Below, one piece after another: positions 20,602-29,167 of a stretch of 64,000 nt of DNA. The stretch's first letter is position 1, and the number at the start of each line of letters is the position of its first letter. This DNA comes from an uncultured Bacteroidota bacterium (GTDB lineage: Bacteria > Bacteroidota > Bacteroidia > Flavobacteriales > Flavobacteriaceae): the NCBI GenBank assembly GCA_902635895.1, contig CACPPV010000003.1, positions 11,830 through 75,829 on the forward strand, given 5' to 3'. The notes beneath the pieces are model-generated. The model worked only from the letters and a program-made list of their open reading frames with translations, was not told the origin of the DNA and ran no database searches. Both the position numbers and the translations under genes were made by a program.

Positions 20602-21143
20602 AAAAACTATTATTCAGCCTTTTAATCACTTTTCTATTTTCTAATCTATCAAATTCTCAAGAATTAATTATTGGAAAAGAGAGAATCGAGCCTGGTATTT
20701 TATTAATTTTTGAAGGAGCTATAAAAGATCACGTTTCTCCCAATTCTATGCATCTTGAAGAAAACCTAACTAATGTGCACATAGAGGCAAGGGTAAATTG
20801 GGATGAAAAGAACATTCCACCGGGTGCTCCAAAGGGAGGATTCATTCCCTACTTACACATAACTGCTCAAATTATAAATGAAACAACAAAGCTTAGTACG
20901 TTCATTGATTTAACTGCTCATATCAACTTAATTGATAATTTTCATTATGCAAGAAATATTTCGCTTCCGGGGAAAATTGATGATCTGTATACAGTAAAAT
21001 TTTCAATTATTCCTCCTACAAATATTGAGTTGGCATTTCATAAAGATTGGCAAAAAAAATATGGAGAACCCTTTGTTAAAGATTCTTCATTCACTTATTC
21101 TAATGTCGATTTTGAAGAAATAGCAAAAGCATCAAGAAATTAA
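20598..21143 (+). CDS. Periplasmic P19/Tp34-type Fe/Cu-binding iron-transport protein
   Basis: Signal peptide. By-eye alignment to Campylobacter P19: NVHIEARVNW (DIHLEADIHA), GGFIPYLHITAQI (GFWMPYLTIAYEL), NFHYARNI (GPHYGANI), AFHKD (GRHVD). Start overlaps the Sco stop (ATGA). Confidence 0.72.
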   Translation: MKKLLFSLLITFLFSNLSNSQELIIGKERIEPGILLIFEGAIKDHVSPNSMHLEENLTNVHIEARVNWDEKNIPPGAPKGGFIPYLHITAQIINETTKLSTFIDLTAHINLIDNFHYARNISLPGKIDDLYTVKFSIIPPTNIELAFHKDWQKKYGEPFVKDSSFTYSNVDFEEIAKASRN

Positions 21144-21153
21144 TTTATCTAAT

Positions 21154-23436
21154 TTACTTTTTAGATAAATCATTTAAGTTAAATTTAAACCCAACGTAAA
21201 ATTTAACCCCTTGATTTGGTGCATATACATATGAGGTATCAAAAAATGGACTAAATCCTTTTTCATAGTTGGGATCGTTGTAAGCTACCAATGAAGATTC
21301 TTTTTGTTTGAAATTTAATACATTAAACAATCCAAAATAAATTTCATGTGTATTATTTAACTCCCCAGTTAAATTTATATTATGAATCGAAAATGGCTTA
21401 CTTACAGTTGGTCTTGGAGTTTTAGACAATTCTCCTTGATTATTCATGTCATATACAATGGGTAATTGCATTTTTCCAGTATAGTTCGATGAAGTATTAA
21501 TAGACCAATTTTTGTATACTGGAAATTTAAAATTTATACTTGCCGTCCAATTTGGCGAATGTTCAATGCTTGATTTTGCCTTTTCATTATTGTTTACTTC
21601 AACGTATTTAGCAATTTGATGATTAAAATTTAATGTAAAAGCTATACCACTTATAAAAGTATAATTCCATGCTCCACTGAATCCCTTTGTAAAAGCATAT
21701 CCGTTAGAATTTCTATAAATTATGTACTTACTTTCCTCATAGCTTGGGATTATTTTATTTGAGAAATGAGTGTAAAAAATATCAAAATCAAAATTCCCAG
21801 ATCCATTTGAAGTAGTGTATATGTAATTAGAATTTAAAATTACACTTTTTGATCTTTCAGGCTGTAATTCCTCTAATATTTTTACTTCTCTTTGACCTGT
21901 AACAAAAGCATGATCCTCTGAAAATAAGTTAACGATTCTAAAACCAGTACCAGCGTTTAATCTGAAAGATAGCCATTCGCCTGGATTATATTTCAAATGC
22001 AGGCTCGGAGAAAAAATTGATCCATGATCTTTGTAGTTATCGACTCTTAGCCCAGAAATAATTGATAGTTTGTCAGATGGGCTATACTGATCTTGAACAA
22101 ATATTCCAGGGATAAACTGGTTAGAACTTTCATTAACAATTACACCATCAATTATTTTTTCAGTTACTGAAGTATTATCATCATATATATTATTTCTAAA
22201 TGATAAACCGTATAGCATATCATGTTTTGAAAATTTTCTTTTTAAGGTAAATTGTGAAAATAAAATTTCTTGATTTGCTTTATAAAAATCAGATCCGTAA
22301 AAACTATTTTGGCTGTGTTTTGAATAAGAATAATTTAATTCAAAATCATCTAAAAAATCAAATTCGTACTTTCCAAATAATTCAAATCTGTGAGTTTTAA
22401 TGCTTTCTCCATAAACAGTTTCTGATCCTCTTAATTTTTTATAATTATCCTTAAACATAAAATCTTCAACTCCATTTCTTCTATCTTCAAAATAATATCT
22501 GGAATTGATAATAAAATTTTTTTTTGACTTTCTGAAAATATCCCATTTACTAAATAGTGAAAATCTATCAAAATTGATATCATCTCCAAAACCATCATCA
22601 TTGTAATCTCTATAATAATTTTTTTTATCCCATGTCGATCCAAAATAAGTCTTTGATTTTCCAACTTTTGGCGCCATTGCCAAATTTATATAAGATTCTG
22701 AGTGCGATGTTCCTTGAACATCTAAAGAAAAATACGGTTGATCTTCAAAGTTTTTGGTAATGATATTAATCACACCAGCTACAGCCTCGGATCCATACAA
22801 TGTGCTACTTGGACCCTTAACTATTTCTAGTCTATCAATTATCATATTGGGTATTCCACTTAAACCATAGACTGAAGCTAAATTGCCATACATTGGAATT
22901 CCATCTAACAAAATTGAAGTATAAGGTCCCTCCAGACCATTTATACTAATTGAATTTGTATAACAAACTCCGCAGGCTATAACCTCTTGAGCTCCACTAA
23001 TAAGCTTAATAATTTCTTTAACACTACTTCCAGCAGAGGGTAAAAATGAATTTATTTTTTTTGAAGTAATGACATTTACTTTGACCGGAGATTTAGTAAC
23101 AAATTGATCCCTCAGGCTTCCAGTAACAACAATTTCGTTTAAACCATTAATATCTTCTTCAAGGATAACAACTACGTTTTGTAAATCTTTATCGATATTT
23201 TTTAGAGAAATTTTTTTTGAAATATATCCTAAATAAGATACCAGTAGGTAATTGTCTTTGGAAGAATCAACTTGAATTTCAAAATATCCATTCTCATTTG
23301 ATGTTACTCCATAACCAGAATCTACAATACTAATAGTAGCAAATCCCAATGGTCCGTCGTTTGAATTTACAGAGCCTTGAACATTAATAATTTGTGCATT
23401 TATAAAAAATGGAAGTAATAATAAAATATATTTCAT
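21154..23436 (-). CDS. TonB-dependent outer-membrane receptor with carboxypeptidase-regulatory-like N-domain
   Basis: 760 aa. Signal peptide, CarbopepD_reg-like block (GYFEIQV), plug motifs (IEIVKGPSSTLYGSEAVAGVINIITK), C-terminal beta-barrel ending in aromatic-rich strands. Confidence 0.9.
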   Translation of the reverse strand: MKYILLLLPFFINAQIINVQGSVNSNDGPLGFATISIVDSGYGVTSNENGYFEIQVDSSKDNYLLVSYLGYISKKISLKNIDKDLQNVVVILEEDINGLNEIVVTGSLRDQFVTKSPVKVNVITSKKINSFLPSAGSSVKEIIKLISGAQEVIACGVCYTNSISINGLEGPYTSILLDGIPMYGNLASVYGLSGIPNMIIDRLEIVKGPSSTLYGSEAVAGVINIITKNFEDQPYFSLDVQGTSHSESYINLAMAPKVGKSKTYFGSTWDKKNYYRDYNDDGFGDDINFDRFSLFSKWDIFRKSKKNFIINSRYYFEDRRNGVEDFMFKDNYKKLRGSETVYGESIKTHRFELFGKYEFDFLDDFELNYSYSKHSQNSFYGSDFYKANQEILFSQFTLKRKFSKHDMLYGLSFRNNIYDDNTSVTEKIIDGVIVNESSNQFIPGIFVQDQYSPSDKLSIISGLRVDNYKDHGSIFSPSLHLKYNPGEWLSFRLNAGTGFRIVNLFSEDHAFVTGQREVKILEELQPERSKSVILNSNYIYTTSNGSGNFDFDIFYTHFSNKIIPSYEESKYIIYRNSNGYAFTKGFSGAWNYTFISGIAFTLNFNHQIAKYVEVNNNEKAKSSIEHSPNWTASINFKFPVYKNWSINTSSNYTGKMQLPIVYDMNNQGELSKTPRPTVSKPFSIHNINLTGELNNTHEIYFGLFNVLNFKQKESSLVAYNDPNYEKGFSPFFDTSYVYAPNQGVKFYVGFKFNLNDLSKK

Positions 23437-23439
23437 GGA

Positions 23440-24258
23440 CTATCCTAAGGCAACATCTAAAATCATCATCACAATAAATCCGCCTATAAAACCTAATGTC
23501 GCTATATCAGTATTTTTCTCCAACTGAGTTTCTGGAATTACTTCCTCAACTACTACAAATATCATTGCGCCTGCTGCGAAAGCAAGTGCGTAAGGTAAAA
23601 TAGGGGTGAAAAAAGTTACCGCCAATGCTCCAATAACAGCAGCTATTGGTTCTACGGCTGCTGAGGCTTGGCCATACATAAAGCTTTTTCTTCTACTCAT
23701 TCCTTGACGTCTTAGCGGCATAGATACAGCTATTCCTTCAGGAAAATTTTGAATTCCTATTCCAATTGCTAAAACAACTGCTCCAGTAAGTGAAGCTTCT
23801 GGTAAACCTGCAGCAACACCTCCAAAAAGCACACCTACCGCTAATCCTTCTGGAATGTTATGAAGTGTAATTGCTAAAGTGAGTAATGTAGATTTATGCC
23901 ATGGAGTTTTAATTCCTTCAGCCTCTTTAAAATTTATATGAAGATGTGGTAAGATTTTGTCTAAACCAAAAATAAATAAAGCTCCAAGAGCGAATCCAAC
24001 AGCTGCTGGAATTACTTTTACAAATCCCTCTCCCTCGCTCATTTCTATGCCTGGAGCAAGAAGACTCCAAAAACTAGCAGCAACCATAACGCCACCAGTA
24101 AATCCTAACATACCGTCTAAAAAAACTCGATTCATAGTCTTAAATAGAAAAACAAAAGAAGCTCCAAAAGCTGTCATTGCCCAAGTGAATAGAGTTGCAT
24201 ATAATGCTCCTAAAACTGGATCAGTGTTTTGAAAAAATGTAATTATTTCTTGAAACAT
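23440..24258 (-). CDS. ZIP family divalent-metal transporter (ZupT/GufA-like)
   Basis: 272 aa, 8 TM; HNIPEGLAVG and QNFPEGIAVS signature pair. Confidence 0.9.
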   Translation of the reverse strand: MFQEIITFFQNTDPVLGALYATLFTWAMTAFGASFVFLFKTMNRVFLDGMLGFTGGVMVAASFWSLLAPGIEMSEGEGFVKVIPAAVGFALGALFIFGLDKILPHLHINFKEAEGIKTPWHKSTLLTLAITLHNIPEGLAVGVLFGGVAAGLPEASLTGAVVLAIGIGIQNFPEGIAVSMPLRRQGMSRRKSFMYGQASAAVEPIAAVIGALAVTFFTPILPYALAFAAGAMIFVVVEEVIPETQLEKNTDIATLGFIGGFIVMMILDVALG

Positions 24259-24259
24259 A

Positions 24260-24916
24260 TTAAATTTTAGTTATGTATAAGTTACTTGCCGATTTAACAG
24301 AAATGGTAAGATTAGTATCGTCCAAACCAATATGTAATGATTGATCAAATTCTTCTTGATGAAGCACTTTAATATTACAGCCCAGAGATATTTTTCTTTT
24401 ATCCAAATACTTAAGAAATGCTGAGGATGAGTCTTTGACGCCAACAAATTTTCCTGTTTCACCAATTCCTAAATCACTCAATTTTAGTTTTGGAGTGATC
24501 TTAATAAATCCAGCTGGATTAGGAATAGGATCTCCATGTGGATCGTGCGTAGGAAAATTTAAAAACTTATCTAATTTGTTGGTCAATTTTTCAGATTGAA
24601 TATGTTCCAACTGCTCAGCTATTTCGTGAACTTCGTCCCATTTAAAGTCTAGTTTTTCTACTAAAAAGACCTCCCACAATCTGTGTTTTCTTATAATTTT
24701 GAGAGCTGTTTTTCTGCCAAGTTCAGTTAATTGAGCGCCATGGTATTTTATATAAACGATAAGTGATTTTTCACTGAGTTTTTTTAACATTTCAGTAACT
24801 GAAGAAGCCTTAGTGTTTAAATTATTTGCAATTGAATTGGTAGAAACTCCACTGTCAGAATTCAATGACAAATGAAAAATAGATTTTAAATGATTTTCTT
24901 CAGAAAGAGATAACAT
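24260..24916 (-). CDS. DtxR/MntR family metal-dependent transcriptional regulator with FeoA/SH3-like C-domain
   Basis: wHTH N-domain, dimerisation/metal block RKHRLWEVFLVEKL...DEVHEIAEQLEH...HDPHGDPIP, C-terminal FeoA-like domain; 218 aa; 1 nt gap to the ZIP gene. Confidence 0.88.
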   Translation of the reverse strand: MLSLSEENHLKSIFHLSLNSDSGVSTNSIANNLNTKASSVTEMLKKLSEKSLIVYIKYHGAQLTELGRKTALKIIRKHRLWEVFLVEKLDFKWDEVHEIAEQLEHIQSEKLTNKLDKFLNFPTHDPHGDPIPNPAGFIKITPKLKLSDLGIGETGKFVGVKDSSSAFLKYLDKRKISLGCNIKVLHQEEFDQSLHIGLDDTNLTISVKSASNLYITKI

Positions 24917-24920
24917 AATG

Positions 24921-24928
24921 CAAATGTA
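24921..24928 (-). promoter_or_regulatory. -7 box TACATTTG for the DtxR-ZIP-TonB receptor operon
   Basis: Reverse strand reads TATACATTTGCATT-ATG. The G of the box is 4 nt before the ATG, which predicts a leaderless or near-leaderless mRNA. The same 14-mer occurs at the csp promoter. Confidence 0.45.
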
Positions 24929-24941
24929 TAATATTTAGCTT

Positions 24942-24976
24942 TAAATAAAAAATAATTTAGTCTTGCCTAAATTATT
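24942..24976 (-). terminator. Rho-independent terminator after the polyprenyl synthetase gene (may double as an operator)
   Basis: Perfect 10-bp inverted repeat AATAATTTAG / CTAAATTATT with a 6-nt loop (24951-24976), followed on the reverse strand by TTTTTATTT. Confidence 0.6.
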
Positions 24977-24987
24977 ATTGAAAAAAA

Positions 24988-25974
24988 TTATAGTTTTCTA
25001 TCCATCAATGATTTTGAAAAATTAATCAATTGCAATTTATTTTCATCTGAAATAATTAATTTATCTATTGATTTTAAAGCTTGAACTGTATACTCTTTGA
25101 CTAAATCTAGGGTCTTGGAATCTGAACCAGTATCTTTAAATATTTTTGTGACTTTTAAAACTTTATCTTCAAAATCAGAACTACTGTAGAGTTTTGTTAA
25201 TTCCTTTTTTTGCTGTTTGTTTGAATTAGACATAGCCAAATGATACATCGCAGTTTTTTTATTTTCAACTATATCTCCCCCAATTGCCTTACCTACCAAT
25301 AATTGATCGCCAAACGTATCTAAATAATCATCTTGAAGCTGAAAAGCGATCCCTAAGTTTACACCAAAATTGTATATGTTTTGTAAATCAGTTTCTGAAG
25401 CCTCCGAAATTATAGCTCCCATTTTCAATGCAGCTCCAACTAAAACCGCAGTTTTAAGCTCAATCATATTGAGATACTCATCAAGTGTGACATCATCTTT
25501 ATTTTCAAAATCAATATCTAACTGTTGACCTTCACAAACTTTTAATGCTACTGTATTTAAAACATTATTTAGTTTTTTATACATTATTGGTTCGTAGGAT
25601 TCTAACAAATGATAGGAATAAATTAATAAAGCATCACCTGAGAGAATCGATTGATTAACATCCCATTTTAAATGAACGGTCTGATTTCCTCGCCTTAGTG
25701 CAGCAGAGTCCATTATGTCATCATGCATTAAAGTAAAATTATGAAAGCACTCTACTGAAAGAGCGGCTGGCAAAGCTTTTTTAAAATCGTTTCCAAAACA
25801 TTCTGCTGACATTAAAACCAAAAAGGGTCTGATTCGCTTACCTCCAATTTCTAAAATATACTTAATGGGATTGTAAAGAGATTTGGGATGATCAGAAAAA
25901 GATAAATTTTCTAATCCTTTGTTAATTAAATCGGCATAAAATTTGATATTGTACAAACTAGTTATTTGATTCAA
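24988..25974 (-). CDS. Polyprenyl diphosphate synthase (trans-IPPS family)
   Basis: First and second Asp-rich motifs LMHDDIMD and QLQDDYLD; 328 aa. Chain length is not inferable. Confidence 0.9.
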   Translation of the reverse strand: MNQITSLYNIKFYADLINKGLENLSFSDHPKSLYNPIKYILEIGGKRIRPFLVLMSAECFGNDFKKALPAALSVECFHNFTLMHDDIMDSAALRRGNQTVHLKWDVNQSILSGDALLIYSYHLLESYEPIMYKKLNNVLNTVALKVCEGQQLDIDFENKDDVTLDEYLNMIELKTAVLVGAALKMGAIISEASETDLQNIYNFGVNLGIAFQLQDDYLDTFGDQLLVGKAIGGDIVENKKTAMYHLAMSNSNKQQKKELTKLYSSSDFEDKVLKVTKIFKDTGSDSKTLDLVKEYTVQALKSIDKLIISDENKLQLINFSKSLMDRKL

Positions 25975-26054
25975 AAATACATCTTTTCCATTTTACTATT
26001 ATGTTCCCGCTTAAGAAACTTTGGAAACTATTTGCGTTTTATAAGTTTCCTTTT

Positions 26055-26062
26055 TATATTTG
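26055..26062 (+). promoter_or_regulatory. -7 box TATATTTG for the TetR-efflux operon
   Basis: Exact TAnnTTTG within the recurring 10-mer TATATTTGCA. It overlaps the ORF-track TTG start at 26060, arguing for the downstream start at 26081. Confidence 0.5.
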
Positions 26063-26080
26063 CACTCCAAAAAATTAAAG

Positions 26081-26677
26081 TTGAAAGATTTAATCTTAGA
26101 AAAAACTCGTGAACTTTTTTTAACCATAGGCTTTAAAAGCGTCACTATGGACCATATTGCAAGCGCAATGGGAATCTCAAAAAAAACCATATATAATTTT
26201 TTTGAAAATAAAACAGATCTGGTTAAATCTGTGTCAAACTATATGTTTACAAGCATTACAAATGGGATTACTGAAATCAAAAAAACATCTGAAGATCCTA
26301 TAAGTGAACTTTACGATATCAATTTATTTTTAATAAAATATTTAAAAAAAGAAAGTACATCTCCCTTATACCAACTTGAAAAATACTATCCGCTTATTCA
26401 CAAAAACATAAACAGCAAGCAGTTTGATTTTATAACTAAATCAACAAAAGAAAGTCTTGAAAATGGAATAAAACTTGGTTTGTTTAGACACGATATTAAA
26501 ATAGATTTTATTTCAAGGCTTTATTTTAAAGGAATGATTGGTATCAGAGACTTGGACACATTTCCATCAGAAATGTACGACCCGGTGAAACTTAAAATAG
26601 ATTTTATTGAATATCATTTAAGAGCCATAGTCACCGAAAAAGGATTAAAAAAATTAAATCAGTTTATAAATAAATAA
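26081..26677 (+). CDS. TetR/AcrR family transcriptional regulator
   Basis: N-terminal HTH FKSVTMDHIASAMGISKKTIYNFF. The ORF track starts at TTG 26060, inside the promoter box; TTG 26081 (MKDLILEKTRELF) fits the family N-terminus. Stop overlaps the TolC start (TAATG). Confidence 0.85.
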   Translation: MKDLILEKTRELFLTIGFKSVTMDHIASAMGISKKTIYNFFENKTDLVKSVSNYMFTSITNGITEIKKTSEDPISELYDINLFLIKYLKKESTSPLYQLEKYYPLIHKNINSKQFDFITKSTKESLENGIKLGLFRHDIKIDFISRLYFKGMIGIRDLDTFPSEMYDPVKLKIDFIEYHLRAIVTEKGLKKLNQFINK

Positions 26678-28005
26678 TGAAAAAAATAGTTTTATTTATC
26701 ACTATATCTCTTTTGTCTTTTAACTTGAAAAGCCAAAATGCTTTCACTCTAGAAAGTGCAATAGAGTATTCTTTAAATAATAACAGATTGTCTAAAAATG
26801 CAGCAAGCGATATTGAAAAAGCTAATGCAAAAAAATGGGAAACAATAGCAACAGGTCTTCCACAAATAAATGCATTTATCGATTACAATAACAATCTAAA
26901 ACAACCTGTTTCATTGGTACCAGCTGAGTTTTTTGGAGGAAATCCTGGTGAATTTGCAGAACTTTCTTTTGGAACTAAACAAACTATTGACGGCTCTGTA
27001 ACCCTGACTCAACTATTATTTGATGGATCGTACATGATAGGTCTTGCTTCAATAAAACTCTACATGGATATAGCATACAAGGCCAAAATAAAAACGGATC
27101 AAGAGGTTAAAAAAGCAACTATTTCTGCATATGGAAATGCCTTGGTAAGTCAAGAAAGAGTAGAAATCCTTAAAAGAAACATAAAAAATGTTGAGGAAAA
27201 TTTAAATGAGATTAAAAAAATCTATGAAAACGGTTTTACAGAACTTGAAAATGTTGAACAATTAACAATTTCTTACAGTTCTTTGAAAAATTCTTTAGAG
27301 TATGCTGTTAAATTAAATAAAACATCATTGAATCTCTTGAAATTGATTATTGGGTACGACATTGATAAAGAAATTGTACTTCTAGATAATCTTTCTGGCC
27401 TCACTCTGAAAAGCTCTAATCTAGAAAAATCTTCAGATAGTTTTGATATAGAAAAAAATATTGATTACCAACTTGCATTAAACAATAAAAAATCACAACA
27501 AACATTACTAAGATTAGAACAATCAAAAGCACTTCCGACATTAAGAGCTTTTGTTAAAGGTGGATACGATGGAAATAATGAATCTTTTGAATTTTTTAAG
27601 CCCAACCAAAAATGGTATGGATATTCTTTTGTTGGTATTACTATGTCCGTTCCGATATTTAGTTCTTTAAGAAAATCTGCCAAAACACAACAAGCTAGAA
27701 TAGAATTTGAAAAATCAAAAATAGATTTAACTGACTCTAAAAATAAAATTCTTATTGAATTAGAAAATGCAAAAAGTGAGTACGAATATGCCCTGAACTC
27801 ATATAATAATGCAGTTGAAAATTTAAAACTTGCAGAAAAAATCGAAAGAAAAAATCAGATAAAATTTTTAGAAGGATTAATTTCTGCTTTAGAGCTTAGA
27901 CAGGCACAAATTCAACTTTACACAATACAAAATGAATTACTTCAGTCCATGATAGAAGTAATAAATAAAAAAACAAACCTTGAAATTATTTTAACTCAGA
28001 ATTAA
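26677..28005 (+). CDS. TolC family outer-membrane efflux protein
   Basis: Signal peptide, two-repeat coiled-coil/beta-barrel organisation; 442 aa; operon context. Confidence 0.88.
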   Translation: MKKIVLFITISLLSFNLKSQNAFTLESAIEYSLNNNRLSKNAASDIEKANAKKWETIATGLPQINAFIDYNNNLKQPVSLVPAEFFGGNPGEFAELSFGTKQTIDGSVTLTQLLFDGSYMIGLASIKLYMDIAYKAKIKTDQEVKKATISAYGNALVSQERVEILKRNIKNVEENLNEIKKIYENGFTELENVEQLTISYSSLKNSLEYAVKLNKTSLNLLKLIIGYDIDKEIVLLDNLSGLTLKSSNLEKSSDSFDIEKNIDYQLALNNKKSQQTLLRLEQSKALPTLRAFVKGGYDGNNESFEFFKPNQKWYGYSFVGITMSVPIFSSLRKSAKTQQARIEFEKSKIDLTDSKNKILIELENAKSEYEYALNSYNNAVENLKLAEKIERKNQIKFLEGLISALELRQAQIQLYTIQNELLQSMIEVINKKTNLEIILTQN

Positions 28006-28011
28006 AAGAAT

Positions 28012-29163
28012 ATGAATAAAATATTTTACCTATTTACAATACTACTTTTGTTTTCATGTGAAAACAATGAAACTTTTAATAGTATTTTAAAATCAACTGA
28101 TATTGAGAAAATTAAACTTACTAGAAAAACTATTGTTGCATCTCAGCAGGATCTTAACAGTAAAATTGAACAGCTAGATAATAGAATTGAAGAGTTAAAC
28201 GAAAATCCTCAGTTACCAATAGTAGAGGTGGTGAGTGTTACCCCCTCTCAGTTTGATCATTATATTCAAGTTCAAGGAAGTGTTAAATCTGATCAATTGA
28301 TCAGCATCTTCCCCGAGTTTTCTGGTGTTATTAAAAATATTTACGTAAAAAGCGGAGATGATGTTAAAAAAGGTCAATCTTTAATTAAAATTGATGATGG
28401 AGGTTTGAAAGAACAATTATCTCAACTTGAGATCAAATATGAACTGACAAAAACAACTTTTGAAAGACAAAAAAGACTTTGGGAGCAAAAAATTGGAAGT
28501 GAAATTCAGTTTTTAGAAACCAAATCAATGTTTGAGGCACAAAAACAAGCAATCAATCAATTAAAAAAACAAATTCAAAAAACATTAATTCAAGCCCCAT
28601 TTAGTGGAACAATTGACAACGTAATTGTTAAACTTGGAGAGGTTGTTTACCCTGGAAGATCAAACTTAATGATGTTATTAAACATGGATAATCTTTATGT
28701 TGAATCAAATGTTCCTGAAAAATACATCTCCTCAATAAAAACAGGCAATAAAGCAATCCTAGAATTTCCTCTAATTGGGAAATCTGTTTCATCAGCTGTT
28801 CGCCAATCAGGAAATTATATACACCCAATAAATAGAACTTTCAAAATTGAAATTGATGTAAAAACTAGTGATTTTGAAGTTAAACCCAATTTAAATTCTA
28901 AAGTAAAAATCAACGACTATTCAAATGAGAAAGCTTTAATGATTAACCAAAATATTATTAGTGTTGACAGTAACAACAAAGAATATGTATACAAGTTATA
29001 TACTAAAAATAATAAAGATTATGTTTCTAAAACTACCATTGAAACTGGAAAAAACGATGGGAAAAACATAGAAGTTATTTCTGGACTAATTCAAGGAGAT
29101 TTAATTGTCTCAGAAGGAATTAGAAAGTTGGTTGACAATTCAAGAGTAAAAATTATAAAATAG
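28012..29163 (+). CDS. Efflux RND transporter periplasmic adaptor (MFP) lipoprotein
   Basis: Lipobox LLLFSC, coiled-coil hairpin, lipoyl/beta-barrel motifs (VKKGQSLIKID; APFSGTIDN); 383 aa. Confidence 0.88.
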   Translation: MNKIFYLFTILLLFSCENNETFNSILKSTDIEKIKLTRKTIVASQQDLNSKIEQLDNRIEELNENPQLPIVEVVSVTPSQFDHYIQVQGSVKSDQLISIFPEFSGVIKNIYVKSGDDVKKGQSLIKIDDGGLKEQLSQLEIKYELTKTTFERQKRLWEQKIGSEIQFLETKSMFEAQKQAINQLKKQIQKTLIQAPFSGTIDNVIVKLGEVVYPGRSNLMMLLNMDNLYVESNVPEKYISSIKTGNKAILEFPLIGKSVSSAVRQSGNYIHPINRTFKIEIDVKTSDFEVKPNLNSKVKINDYSNEKALMINQNIISVDSNNKEYVYKLYTKNNKDYVSKTTIETGKNDGKNIEVISGLIQGDLIVSEGIRKLVDNSRVKIIK

Positions 29164-29167
29164 ACCA

